Assembly (NCBI GenBank): GCA_027371535.1
Contig: DAHXMV010000003.1
Coordinates: 8,047 to 72,046, forward strand
Source of the DNA: Candidatus Amesbacteria bacterium
GTDB taxonomy: Bacteria; Patescibacteriota; Microgenomatia; CAZETR01; Amesbacteraceae
Length of the DNA stretch: 64,000 nt
Direction: 5' to 3'
The position numbers and the translations under genes were made by a program. Below the pieces are notes generated by a model that worked only from the letters and a program-made list of their open reading frames with translations, had not been told where the DNA came from and made no database searches. This document shows positions 28,274-38,586 of this stretch, in pieces (positions within the stretch are counted from its first letter, which is position 1; each line of letters starts with the position of its first letter).

Positions 28274-31200
28274 ATGGAAGCAAAAAGCGAGTTTGCATCC
28301 CTGTCCGATCTGGCGCTGGCCAAAGGCATAGCCCATTCCGATTTAATTTCGGAAATCCACCAGACCATTCTCCTCTCTTACAGGGAGAGATATCCGGACA
28401 GTCCGGTGGGAGTAGCCGTCTATGTGGATGAATTAACAGGTAATGTGAGAATTTTTTCGGGGGACAGGGATATCACCCCTGAGAATTTTGCAGCCGAGGC
28501 AGCCCAGATGGCAAGACAGCTAATTATTGCCAAACTGGGAGAAGAGGTAAAAAAAGGACCCCAGCCAACCAGACCAGTCATGGTATCAAGCAGGCAGAGG
28601 GGGGTACCTTCGATTCTGGCAAATTTATTCTTCTGGGGTTATAACATCTACTTTTTGTTTTTTATCGGCCTGATGATCTTGTCTTTTGTGTCTAGCGGCT
28701 GGAACCAAATGGGAGATTACCTGAGGAATCTGGGAGCATTCCGGGTGTTGCTGTTTGTAATCATGGCGGCGACACCGGCCGGAGCAGTGTGGTGGTCGAT
28801 CAAAAAGCATTTATACCGAACCCCCCGACCCTTTTACAGCTATTTTTTCTGTTTGAATTGCCGATACTGGGAGTGGCATTTTTACCGCTGACGGTGAGCA
28901 CTCAAATTACCCCGTTTGTGATGTTACTCATACTCCTAGCCTTAATGTTACCGGGAGTATTTTACCTGTACAAAAACAATGTCAGCATGAACCTGAACTG
29001 GCTAAAGGCGTCCTTATTTATCCATCAGTTTGTTTTTGTGGGCGGGGCTTATCTGGTATTTTTGTTTACCTTTATCGTACCCATAATTTTGGGCGCGGCA
29101 GCCCAAAGCCTGGTAGGAGACCAATTGGCGGCGATTTTTTCTCCGCCGGTGTATAACAATTATTTGTATTCTTACACTCCCGTATCGGGATCCATTGTGC
29201 AGCTGGGTTTCGGGCTGCTGATTTTGTTTCTGATATTCGGAGTCCTGCTCGTGCCCTATCTGTTGCTGACAGTGCTGTGGCGGGCCCTGGACAAAGCCCG
29301 GCGGAAACTGGCGGAAAAGCTGCCGGCTAATGATTTGTTTTCCATGGAAGCGATTTTTGCAGCTTTGATAATAACCGTCTCCCTGATTGCGTCCTACCAG
29401 CCGGCCGGCAATAAAATGCTCGATAAACTGGTACAAATATCCGGGTATACAAATTTTGCAGACAAAGAGAAGGCAGCCGCAGGTCTTAACCCCAATGAAG
29501 AAAAACTCCGACAGGTGATAAGCGACCTGGAGACAGCCAGATACAGGTATTTAATGTCCAAGGATGACACGGCCCTGAAATACAGCTACGGAGAAATTTT
29601 ACATTTCGGTGACGGTCTAAGCGGGGCAATCCAGAGCGTATTTTTAACCGCCGCATATCCGTTAGTCTATCAGGGCAGTTCGGACAGAGACCAGAAAATG
29701 GCAGCTAATTTTTACTACCTGTTCGGATATTATCCGGACAGTTCAAAACAGACAGCCAGCAGCCCGATAATCAAGGAAGCCAGAAACGTGCTGCTGTCTT
29801 ATAAAAATGTGAAAGTGGAGACAGATAAAGACGGGCTGACAGCCAAAGTTACCATAACGGAAGAGTATGAAAACAAAACTTACAGCCAGCAGGAAGTGAG
29901 TTATGAGTTTTCATTGCCCATGGGGGCCGTGATGACGGATCTAAACCTGGGGCCGAACCTGGAATTTCCCGGAGTGATTGCTCCCAAGGGAGCGGCCCAA
30001 AGTACGTATCAAAGGGAGCTTCAAATCGGCCGTGATCCGGCACTTTTGGAAGAAACCGGTCCGCACCAATACCGGCTGAGAATTTTCCCCATTCCGTCAA
30101 AAAGCGATCTGGCCACACTTTCAGGGAGAAACCAGAAAATGAGTTTTTCATATACGACCGAACTGACTCCGCAGGGATTTCCCTTGCCCAACGTAACCAA
30201 AAAAACCAATGTCTATGCCAACGCCGGTACGGAGTATGTGTTGACAATAAACGGCATTAATCTGGCCCTTAGCGGGTCCGATCTGTTTGTAAAAGCAACA
30301 GATAAACCCTTACCAGATTTATGCCAGGGAAATATTATCCCCGCAAATAATAATTTGGTGCTGAACGTAAATTATCCGGAACTTAAGAATTTGGTGTGTG
30401 CCAAACCCGAAGAAATTATCAATAATATTTCCGGAGCCAAAATCGCCATCATTTATGACGTATCGTATGACAATAAATCCCCCGCCCTGGAAGCGCAGCT
30501 GGGGCTATTGGGCAGAAGCAGTACATTCTTAAAAAATAACCAGGTGGATTTGTATAAATACAACGATATGCTAAGTCCCAAAGTCAGCCTAAGCCAGGGG
30601 AATTTTGCCAAAGAAACCAAATTCACATATTTCGGGCACAGCAATGGCCTGAAAGCCCTGGGATACTTTAACGAAAAATATGATCTGGTAATGATATTCC
30701 CCGGGAAAGATGCCCTGGCACAGGAAGATAATCTGCCGTTTGCTTCCCCGACCCAAATTTTTGTAATTCTTCCCCAGGCCGGGTCCATTTCGCTAAAACT
30801 GGAAAGCCGGTTATTGCAGACGCGGGGAGATATTACCAATACCGTAACCGGGGCACTGAAAGAATTCGGACTGCAATATTATGCCTCCAAATCGATTCAA
30901 GACAGCTATGTACTGAATGATTACCTGTCCATATTATTACCCAAACAACCGGAAGGTGCGTTTCCCACACCAGTGGGCCCAGATACTCCCCTGGCAAATC
31001 TGGTGAACCTGGGGTTATACCGGACACAAGCTGCCAATACCCTGACAAATATTTCCGCGGACGTACCGACGATGGATAAATTTAACGCCTTTGCCCAGAC
31101 AGCCGGCATTGCCACGCCATATTCGTCCTTTATAGCCCTGGTGAATTTCAGCCAGCAGATGAGGCTGCAACAGTTGGAGCAGGGATACAACCGATATGAA

Positions 31201-31515
31201 GAACAAACACCTGCAGGCTTTACGGGGCCTATCGGAAATCCTATTCAACCGGGAATTCTTTATAACAGAGGGCCAGTTTTTAGTCCTGTGAGTTCATTAT
31301 TCGGAACAGATTTGATGACGGTAAATCTCGGGAGTACCGGAGAATCGGCTGGCAGATCAAAATTCGGGGGAATAAGTAACCCGTACTTAGCAGCAGCCCC
31401 GGCACAGGGATCAATACTGTCCGGCAACAACCTGTTTGTGTGGGTAAATATAGTGCTGTTAGCGGCAGGACTGGGAATATATCTGGTAAGAATGCTCCGG
31501 AAGAAAACAGAATAA
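28274..31515 (+). CDS. NusA-NTD-like domain + polytopic membrane region + VIT-like domain (TIGR02921-like); frameshifted at C6 tract 28821-28826
   Basis: ORFs 28262..28891 and 28789..31515 join as ...HLYRTPPTLLQLF... if one C is added; FSLP.GAV, PKGAAQ..Y, DPALLE..GP.QYRLRIFPIP, TPYSSFIALVN. Confidence 0.75.
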
Positions 31516-31641
31516 CTAAGTGGGTAAAAACCATCAGCATCTTTACCGGAAAAGAAATGACAGGTGAGATCCGGCCCGATCCGGAGGGTAACCAAATGTG
31601 AACTAAAAACACATTCCGTTGAAGATAAAATACCCGAAAGC

Positions 31642-32153
31642 TTAATTTTTTAACTGATACACTTCGGGGAGGGCCAGGGATAAAATTATCAATATACCCC
31701 CAAGTAAAGTGGTGAGATTCAGAGATTCGTGAAAAAGCAAAATACCAAATAAGGTTCCGAAAATAATTTCCGACAAGAGAATCAAACTGCCTTTGTGAGC
31801 AGAGATAAATTTGAAACCATATACAGTCAGGCCGGAACCTATAAAACCGGCAATCCCGTAACCAAAATTGGCCAGCCAGGGGGCGGAGGAAAAATTAATA
31901 TTCAGAGGTTCTTTTAAAGAAAATGCGATTAAATAATTGACGATAACCGCGGCCACATACCCCAGGGTATTTAATTCCACCGAAGGATATTTGGAAGTGA
32001 TCTTTTTACTGAACGAAAACCAGATACTGAAAAAGGAACCGGAAATGACGGCTGTAAATATCGGCAACGGTTTTTGGAAAAAATCCCATATGTGGCGTAA
32101 AAGAAGGCCGAAAAAAGCAGAATTATAAATCCCGTTGTGTCGTGGGTTTTCAT
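31642..32153 (-). pseudogene. EamA transporter remnant
   Basis: N-terminus MKTHDTTGFIILLFSAFFYATYGIFSK switches frame into the second EamA repeat (GSLILLSEIIFG). Confidence 0.7.
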
Positions 32154-32167
32154 AAGACACTCAGACT

Positions 32168-32785
32168 TTATGAAAAAGTTACCCGTTTGTAGAGGGCGCG
32201 GGTGACTTCGACGTCTTTGACACAATAGTCACAGATTTCTTTGAGGCGGCCGTCACGGTAAGCCTGGGCCACATTCCGGCCTTCGATTTCCCCGCCTTTT
32301 GAAGACGGGATACCCATAGCCCTGGCCAGGGTATCCAGGGAAACCCGGGAGTTACTCCATTTGGACCACTCCCACATAATGTCGTAAATAGGGTCGTTCC
32401 TATAACGGGCAAAATTCAACTGGCGGCTGGGTTTAACGCCCAAAATGACGGACCGCTGATATATGAATTTGAGATCAAAATCGATGACATTAAAACCCAC
32501 AAATAAATCGACTTTTTCGGCGACCTTCCAGAATTCAACTAAAATCCGGCTTTCGTCACCGTATAAAGGGACGACGGGCTCGTCGTCTATGGCATAACAC
32601 AGGCAGCAGATCCGGCCAAAGGAACCGTCCAAGCCGGTGGATTCCAGATATTCTTCGAAAGTTTCCGGGGGTTTGGTGGCGGTGCTCTTGTGGTTTTTAA
32701 GCCTGCGGGCGTGAATTTCCTTTAAAATCTCATACTTGGACTCGTCAGCGGGAATAGTTTCAATATCCAGAAAAAGCTTTCTCAT
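32168..32785 (-). CDS. 3'-5' exonuclease, PolB-exo/RNase H-like
   Basis: LDIET, GFN...FD, SLD.LA, YC..DV. Confidence 0.88.
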   Translation of the reverse strand: MRKLFLDIETIPADESKYEILKEIHARRLKNHKSTATKPPETFEEYLESTGLDGSFGRICCLCYAIDDEPVVPLYGDESRILVEFWKVAEKVDLFVGFNVIDFDLKFIYQRSVILGVKPSRQLNFARYRNDPIYDIMWEWSKWSNSRVSLDTLARAMGIPSSKGGEIEGRNVAQAYRDGRLKEICDYCVKDVEVTRALYKRVTFS

Positions 32786-32795
32786 GACCTGTTGA

Positions 32796-35192
32796 TTATA
32801 CTGCAGATGGTGAGAGGGCGCGCTTTAGGAGATATTTTTTGCCCAACTCAACCAAGCCCAGATAAGTCAGGGTCATGACCAAAAGCAGGAGAAAGTAAAC
32901 CGGCGGCAATCTGGAAAATTCAAAGAAATGTGACAGGGGGGAATACGGGAGCAGTATGCCAAACAGGACGGCTCCCAGACAGGTAGCCGTGAGGGCAAAA
33001 CTGGGGCGGCTTCTGAAAAATGGAATGCGGTTGGTGCGGATCATAAACACCACCAGGATTTCCGTGGTTAATGATTCCACAAACCAGCCCGTCTGAAAGA
33101 GGCTGCCTCTGGCCCGGAAAATAAAATACATCATGCCGAAAGTCAGGAAATCGTAAATTGAGCTGATAGGGCCGAAAAACAACATATACCGCTTAATGAC
33201 CCCTATATCCCATTTTTTGGGGCGATGTAATTCTTCTTCATCGACATTGTCAGTGGGAATACTCAGCTGGGAAATATCGTATAACGAATTGGTGAGCAAA
33301 ACCTGGGCCGGCAGCATGGGTAAAAACTTCAGCAGAAATGAGGCCCCGGCCATGGAAAACATGTTGCCGAAATTTGAACTGGTACCCATCAAAATGTATT
33401 TGATGGTATTGACAAATGTGCGGCGGCCCTCGCCGACCCCGTCGATAATGACGTTTAAACTTTTCCGCATTAAGACAATTGAGGCGGTATCTTTGGCCAC
33501 ATCGACAGCCGTATCAACAGAGATGCCGGCGTCAGCCTCATGAAGAGCCGGAGCGTCATTAATACCGTCGCCAATATATCCGACGGTGTGATTACCATGT
33601 TTTAAAGCCCTGATAATACGCAGTTTTTTATCCGGTGTCATCCTGGCAAAGACGTCCGTCTGCCAGACTTTTTGGATCAATTCGGAATCCGTCATCCGGG
33701 ATACTTCCGGGCCGGTAAGAACAACGTCGCATTTCATGCCGATTTCCGAGCAGACCTTTTTAGTCACAAATTCATTGTCGCCGGTAACGATTTTCAATTG
33801 GACTCCCAGCCTGGCAAAGTGCTCCAGGGCCGTTTTGACGCCATGTTTGGGCGGGTCTGAAAAAAGTACGAAGCCTTCGAGTTTTAAGTGGTGTGCGTCG
33901 CTGTAGGTGTAACGTTCGGTGGATGAGACCTGCTTGGTACCGATGGCAATTACCCGGTATCCGTCGGAGTACCATTTTTCCACCTGATGATGCATAGAGG
34001 CCAAATCCTCTTTAGTGCCGCTGGAAGCGTCGATAACTACATCGGGAGCGCCTTTATAAATGTAGGTCCGCCGACCGGCGGTTTCGATAACCGTAAACAT
34101 GGCCCGGTGTTCATAATCAAAAGGCATCTCCAGAATTTTGGTGAAATTTTCAGGTAATTTGGAGCGCTCATCTACGGCATGCTGCCAGATGGCGGAATCT
34201 ATAGCGTCGCCGAATATTTTGTGGTGGATAATGGCGGAATTGCAAATTAAAGCCAGTTCCAAAACCCGGGCGTCATCCTTACCTTCCGGATTTTGGTGCG
34301 AAACCAACTGGAGTTTACCCTCCGTCAGGGTGCCGGTTTTATCGCAGCAAAAAACTTCCATATTTCCCAGGTCTTCAATCGCCACCAACTCCTTGACGAT
34401 AATGTCTTTTTTGGCCAGACGCCTGGCTCCATGGGATAGGCTGACAGTAACCACAACGGGCAATAATTCGGGAGTCAGACCGATGGCCACGGACAGGGCG
34501 AAAAGGGCCGAATCCAGCCAGGAACGGCCAAGCAGGCCATTAAAAACGAAAATTATCAGGGACATGATGGAAATGACCCAGACGATCAGGACCCCGAAGG
34601 ATTTCAGGCCTTTCTGGAATTCCGTCTCCGGCCGGATTGCGGCGACACTGGCTGAAAGTTCTCCGAATTTAGTATCGGTGCCGATGGCCGTTACCAATCC
34701 CCGACCCTCACCGGAAATTACGGTCGTGCCCATAAAACAAAGATTATTTTCATGGCTTTTGTGAACCGGTGCAGATTCGCCGGACATGACAGATTCGTTA
34801 ATTTCCAGGCTTTTTTCTTCAACCAGTTTCAAGTCCGCCGGAACGACCGCACCGGGATATAACAGCACCTGATCCCCCACCCGGATATCCCTGACGGGCA
34901 GACTTTGCTTGACGCCGTCACGGATGACTGTAGCCGTAAAAGATATTCTTTTCAACAGATCTTCCATGGTTTTTTCCGCCCGGAACTCGTTCCAAAAACC
35001 CAAAAAAACCGACAGAAGCATCATGCAGGTGACTACCAGCGCAGAAAACCGGGACCCGAAGGCGAAGGAAACGGTAGTAGTAATGAGTAAAATATACAGC
35101 AGGGGGTTTTTCAGCTGGCGGGCAAAGACTTTCCAGGCAGAAACGTGACTTAAACTCAATTCATTTGCGGTGGCGGCGGGTTTTTTAGTCAC
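32796..35192 (-). CDS. mgtA: Mg2+-translocating P-type ATPase
   Basis: PELLP, DKTGTLT, KGAP, GDGINDAPAL, SSNFGNMFS, FQTGWFVES. Confidence 0.9.
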   Translation of the reverse strand: MTKKPAATANELSLSHVSAWKVFARQLKNPLLYILLITTTVSFAFGSRFSALVVTCMMLLSVFLGFWNEFRAEKTMEDLLKRISFTATVIRDGVKQSLPVRDIRVGDQVLLYPGAVVPADLKLVEEKSLEINESVMSGESAPVHKSHENNLCFMGTTVISGEGRGLVTAIGTDTKFGELSASVAAIRPETEFQKGLKSFGVLIVWVISIMSLIIFVFNGLLGRSWLDSALFALSVAIGLTPELLPVVVTVSLSHGARRLAKKDIIVKELVAIEDLGNMEVFCCDKTGTLTEGKLQLVSHQNPEGKDDARVLELALICNSAIIHHKIFGDAIDSAIWQHAVDERSKLPENFTKILEMPFDYEHRAMFTVIETAGRRTYIYKGAPDVVIDASSGTKEDLASMHHQVEKWYSDGYRVIAIGTKQVSSTERYTYSDAHHLKLEGFVLFSDPPKHGVKTALEHFARLGVQLKIVTGDNEFVTKKVCSEIGMKCDVVLTGPEVSRMTDSELIQKVWQTDVFARMTPDKKLRIIRALKHGNHTVGYIGDGINDAPALHEADAGISVDTAVDVAKDTASIVLMRKSLNVIIDGVGEGRRTFVNTIKYILMGTSSNFGNMFSMAGASFLLKFLPMLPAQVLLTNSLYDISQLSIPTDNVDEEELHRPKKWDIGVIKRYMLFFGPISSIYDFLTFGMMYFIFRARGSLFQTGWFVESLTTEILVVFMIRTNRIPFFRSRPSFALTATCLGAVLFGILLPYSPLSHFFEFSRLPPVYFLLLLVMTLTYLGLVELGKKYLLKRALSPSAV

Positions 35193-35201
35193 AGATTAAT
35201 T

Positions 35202-37610
35202 CTACACGAATTCCCGTATCACATACCGGTAATAAATTACTTTGGCAAAATCAGCTATAAACAGATAAAGCAGTGTAAACAGAAAAATCGGGGTCATAGA
35301 GGCAAAACCAATCGAAGACAGGGAAAATACCCTGCGGGTAAGTTCCAGCGCCGGGAGACCAGTAGAAACTAAAAAAGTAAAAATTGCGGCTACGATCAGG
35401 CTGACAGAGGGCGGGGCCGTCTGCCAGAAAAAATCCCTGTTTCTGATATAAAAAACCACTATGAGCTGGGTGAACAATAAAAAAAGAAAAAACTCCGTCC
35501 TGCCTGAATGAAAGTTGTAATATAACAGCTGATAAACAGAAGTGAGAAATCCCGTCACCAAAGTAAAGATGAGCAGTTTTTTAACCTGATAAATTCCGGG
35601 CCGGAGCAACTCTTTGGAATCAACATGATCCCCGGATATGGTAATTAAAGGAATCTGACTGAAAGAACTGATTAAGAGAACCTGGGAAGAATTGAGAGGA
35701 AGACCAGGCAATCTGAGATACAACCAGGCCAGGGTAAAAAAGAAGGAAAAGTTTCCGATCATGGTAAACCTGAGATATTTATTGATATTGGCAAATATTG
35801 TCCGGCCGGATTTAATTCCGGAAATGATGACTTCCAGATCGCGTTTTAAAAGAACCACATCCGCATTTTCCTTGGCAATATCGGTGGCGGTATCCACGGC
35901 AATGGCGACATCGGCGGCCTTCAAAGCCGGAGCATCATTGATGCCGTCCCCCTGATAAGCCACAACCTGGTCTTTCTTAAATAATTTCACCAGGGTGTGC
36001 TTATCTTCCGGTGTCAGTTCTGCAAAAACATGGGTTGCAGGCAGCAGTTTTTGCAGCTGATTTTCCGTCATAGTTCGCATCCGGCCACCGGTGATTATCG
36101 AATCACCATCACTGATTAAGCCGATCTGGCGGCCGACAAAGGCAGCGGTTTCCCGGGTATCCCCGGTGAGGATTTTTATCGAAATACCCAAATCTTTTGC
36201 CATTCTGACAGTCATTTTGGTTCCCGGACGTAAGGGATCGGTAAGTCTGAGAATTCCGGCCAATTTTGAATGGTGACGAAGCGCAAAAACATCCATCCCC
36301 GGATGATAATCTATTTCGGAATAAGCAACCGCCTGATGACGAAAACCGCGGTTTGACTCCCGGGCAATGGTTTCCAACAGGAGTTTATTTTCTTTTGCCC
36401 CACTGTCAGAAAGAATAGCCTGGGCAGAACCAATTTCAACTGATAAATATTTCAGGGTATTAATATTTTGCAGGATGACCCATTTTCTTCTGGCCACTGA
36501 ATCATACGGCAATTCCTGAATTTTTTTGTAAACAGCTGCCCGGGATTTCAGAGCAGGAGAAATATATTTTTCCATGGCCAGATCGTAAGCATCGGTATAT
36601 TTGTGATGTTTTTTGTCAGGGTCATCAATTGAAGCATATACCAGAATCTGAGCAATTTCGGGATCACCTGCAACTATACCATCAATAATAATGTGATTTT
36701 CAGTCAGAGTTCCGGTTTTGTCGGTGCACAGCAGGGTGACATTCCCAAAATCTTCGAGGGCAGAAAGTTTTTTTATCAGAACGTGTTTTTTTGACAAACG
36801 GTCGGCCCCGGCGGATAAAGCTATTGTGACGATTACCGGCAAGACCTCGGGAATAATACCGATGGTTAAAGCGAACATGAATATTAAATTTTGGGTGAGG
36901 GTAACCGGACTATGGAGGATAAAAGTTTTAATCAGAAATAAAGAAACAATACAAGTCAGGGCGATTTTTAAAAGCAGGCCGGAGAAGTCGTTCAAAGACT
37001 GACCAAACGGGGTGACTTTTTCGGTTTGAGTTGTAAGTAAAGCAATTTTTCCCAATCCGGCGGAGTTGCCCGTGGCCTGAACCAGGGCCCGGGCTTCACC
37101 TTTTTCCACCACACTGCCGGAGTAGACCGGGTCGGTGATTTGTTTGTGAACAGGCTGAGACTCACCCGTCAACGGGGATTCATTTACCAACAAATCCGTA
37201 GATGTGAGAATCCGGGCGTCGGCAGGGATGATATCACCGGTTTTAACGAGGATAACGTCACCGGGAACCAAATCCCCGGTGTTGAGGATGACATGTTTAT
37301 TATCCCTGATAACAATGATGTGTCTGTCGATAAAACGGGACAATTTATCGAGGGTGGTTTCGGAACGGTATTCCCGGACAAAACCCAATAAGGTGTTGAA
37401 GACCAGAATGACCGAAATAACCAGACCATCAGTAATATCGGCCGTTATAAATGCAGCCAAAGCGGCAACCATTAACAGATAAACAATGGAGTTATTAAAC
37501 TGTCGCAGAAAAACGTCCAAGGCAGTAGTTTTACGGCCGGAATAAGTATTCGGGCCAAATTTAAGACGAAGCCCGGCAGCTTCGGCTGTGGTCAAACCGG
37601 GGTGTTCCAT
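35202..37610 (-). CDS. divergent MgtA-like P-type ATPase paralogue
   Basis: TGES, PEVLP, DKTGTLT, TGD, GDGINDAPAL; KGAP and C-terminal MgtA motifs degenerate. Confidence 0.85.
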   Translation of the reverse strand: MEHPGLTTAEAAGLRLKFGPNTYSGRKTTALDVFLRQFNNSIVYLLMVAALAAFITADITDGLVISVILVFNTLLGFVREYRSETTLDKLSRFIDRHIIVIRDNKHVILNTGDLVPGDVILVKTGDIIPADARILTSTDLLVNESPLTGESQPVHKQITDPVYSGSVVEKGEARALVQATGNSAGLGKIALLTTQTEKVTPFGQSLNDFSGLLLKIALTCIVSLFLIKTFILHSPVTLTQNLIFMFALTIGIIPEVLPVIVTIALSAGADRLSKKHVLIKKLSALEDFGNVTLLCTDKTGTLTENHIIIDGIVAGDPEIAQILVYASIDDPDKKHHKYTDAYDLAMEKYISPALKSRAAVYKKIQELPYDSVARRKWVILQNINTLKYLSVEIGSAQAILSDSGAKENKLLLETIARESNRGFRHQAVAYSEIDYHPGMDVFALRHHSKLAGILRLTDPLRPGTKMTVRMAKDLGISIKILTGDTRETAAFVGRQIGLISDGDSIITGGRMRTMTENQLQKLLPATHVFAELTPEDKHTLVKLFKKDQVVAYQGDGINDAPALKAADVAIAVDTATDIAKENADVVLLKRDLEVIISGIKSGRTIFANINKYLRFTMIGNFSFFFTLAWLYLRLPGLPLNSSQVLLISSFSQIPLITISGDHVDSKELLRPGIYQVKKLLIFTLVTGFLTSVYQLLYYNFHSGRTEFFLFLLFTQLIVVFYIRNRDFFWQTAPPSVSLIVAAIFTFLVSTGLPALELTRRVFSLSSIGFASMTPIFLFTLLYLFIADFAKVIYYRYVIREFV

Positions 37611-37634
37611 ACCTTATATATAATGTACCTTTTC

Positions 37635-38231
37635 TCAGACTTTTTCGATGCGGAAGGATTTCATTAAGGAAAGAAGTTCAGTTTTTATTTTTGGCAAAGT
37701 CTTCGAAGTTCCATTACCATATAAAATGGCATTTATTAGAGGAGAAATATTAACAATAATAAAATAGCCAGAGATATATATTTTTTCATAATTTGATATG
37801 GAATCTGTCTCTTTCCAATTCGGTAACAGTTCATTTCCTGATAATGAAAGGCTGCTTTTAGAAAATTTCATGATATTGGCCATTCCGGACATGAGGAGTT
37901 TTAACGGCCAACCCGATACTGACGAACTAATATCAGAATGCGTCCAGGCAGCGGCTTGAATTATTTCGGCCGGATAACCACAAACTTTAATTCGTGCTAT
38001 CTGACGTATGCTTTTTAAGTCGGGGACTAGCAACGGTTGCGGGTCTCCAAAAACGGTTAGCCAATTTTTTTGGTCAGCTTCTCCCAAACGATAGTGTTCC
38101 GGGACAGACCAATCTTTAGCCATAGGGAATTTAACAATATAGCCTCCCAACCAAGACTGGTAATAATTTGATTTTGGCAGATATCTTGTAGAGACACCAT
38201 TATTTATCGACCCGATGGTAAAGTAATTCAC
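37635..38231 (-). CDS. hypothetical protein (probably C-terminal part of a gene starting at 38410)
   Basis: AT-rich ORF; frame stays open upstream of the GTG. Confidence 0.6.
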   Translation of the reverse strand: MNYFTIGSINNGVSTRYLPKSNYYQSWLGGYIVKFPMAKDWSVPEHYRLGEADQKNWLTVFGDPQPLLVPDLKSIRQIARIKVCGYPAEIIQAAAWTHSDISSSVSGWPLKLLMSGMANIMKFSKSSLSLSGNELLPNWKETDSISNYEKIYISGYFIIVNISPLINAILYGNGTSKTLPKIKTELLSLMKSFRIEKV

Positions 38232-38410
38232 ACCATTAGCATAAGGCCATATTTTTTCCAGATCGGTGACATATCAAAAATCATGCAACCATCAATCCAA
38301 TGTCCAGGGAAATTTGGAAAAACTAATTTGTAGCCAACTCTTTTTTCCTGTAATTTAACAAACTGATAGTATAAATAAGAAGGCAGAAAAGCTAATAAAT
38401 CGTTTAACAC
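38228..38410 (-). CDS. hypothetical protein (probable N-terminal fragment)
   Basis: TATAAT 7 nt before GTG; adding one base near 38245 fuses it with the next ORF. Confidence 0.5.
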   Translation of the reverse strand: MLNDLLAFLPSYLYYQFVKLQEKRVGYKLVFPNFPGHWIDGCMIFDMSPIWKKYGLMLMV

Positions 38411-38431
38411 AGTAATTATTATAATATAACC

Positions 38432-38570
38432 TCAGAAAGCAGGACAGCGTAGGTAATCACTGATTTGGAGGTAACGGGCGGTCAGCAGCGAATTTGACAC
38501 AGGCGTAGACGCAGCCGGGATAAGCGGCCGAAGAATGCGGATAGGTACGACGCTTGATTGAAAAATTCAC
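38432..38570 (+). ncRNA. candidate structured non-coding RNA of unknown family
   Basis: GC-rich island in AT-rich surroundings, TATAAT at 38420-38425, nested helices AGCGT/ACGCT, GTCA/TGAC, CGCA-GCCG/CGGC-TGCG. Confidence 0.5.
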
Positions 38571-38586
38571 AAAAGCGCTTCTTTAG

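Noticed and set aside
28034-28336. Minus-strand 100-aa ORF
   Set aside because: Overlaps the start of the NusA-NTD fusion gene, no recognisable motif; at most a short hydrophobic remnant
38432-38570. M-box (Mg2+) riboswitch for the nearby mgtA genes
   Set aside because: No M-box consensus recognised, about 800 bp from the ATPase start with other ORFs between, and the likely transcribed strand is opposite
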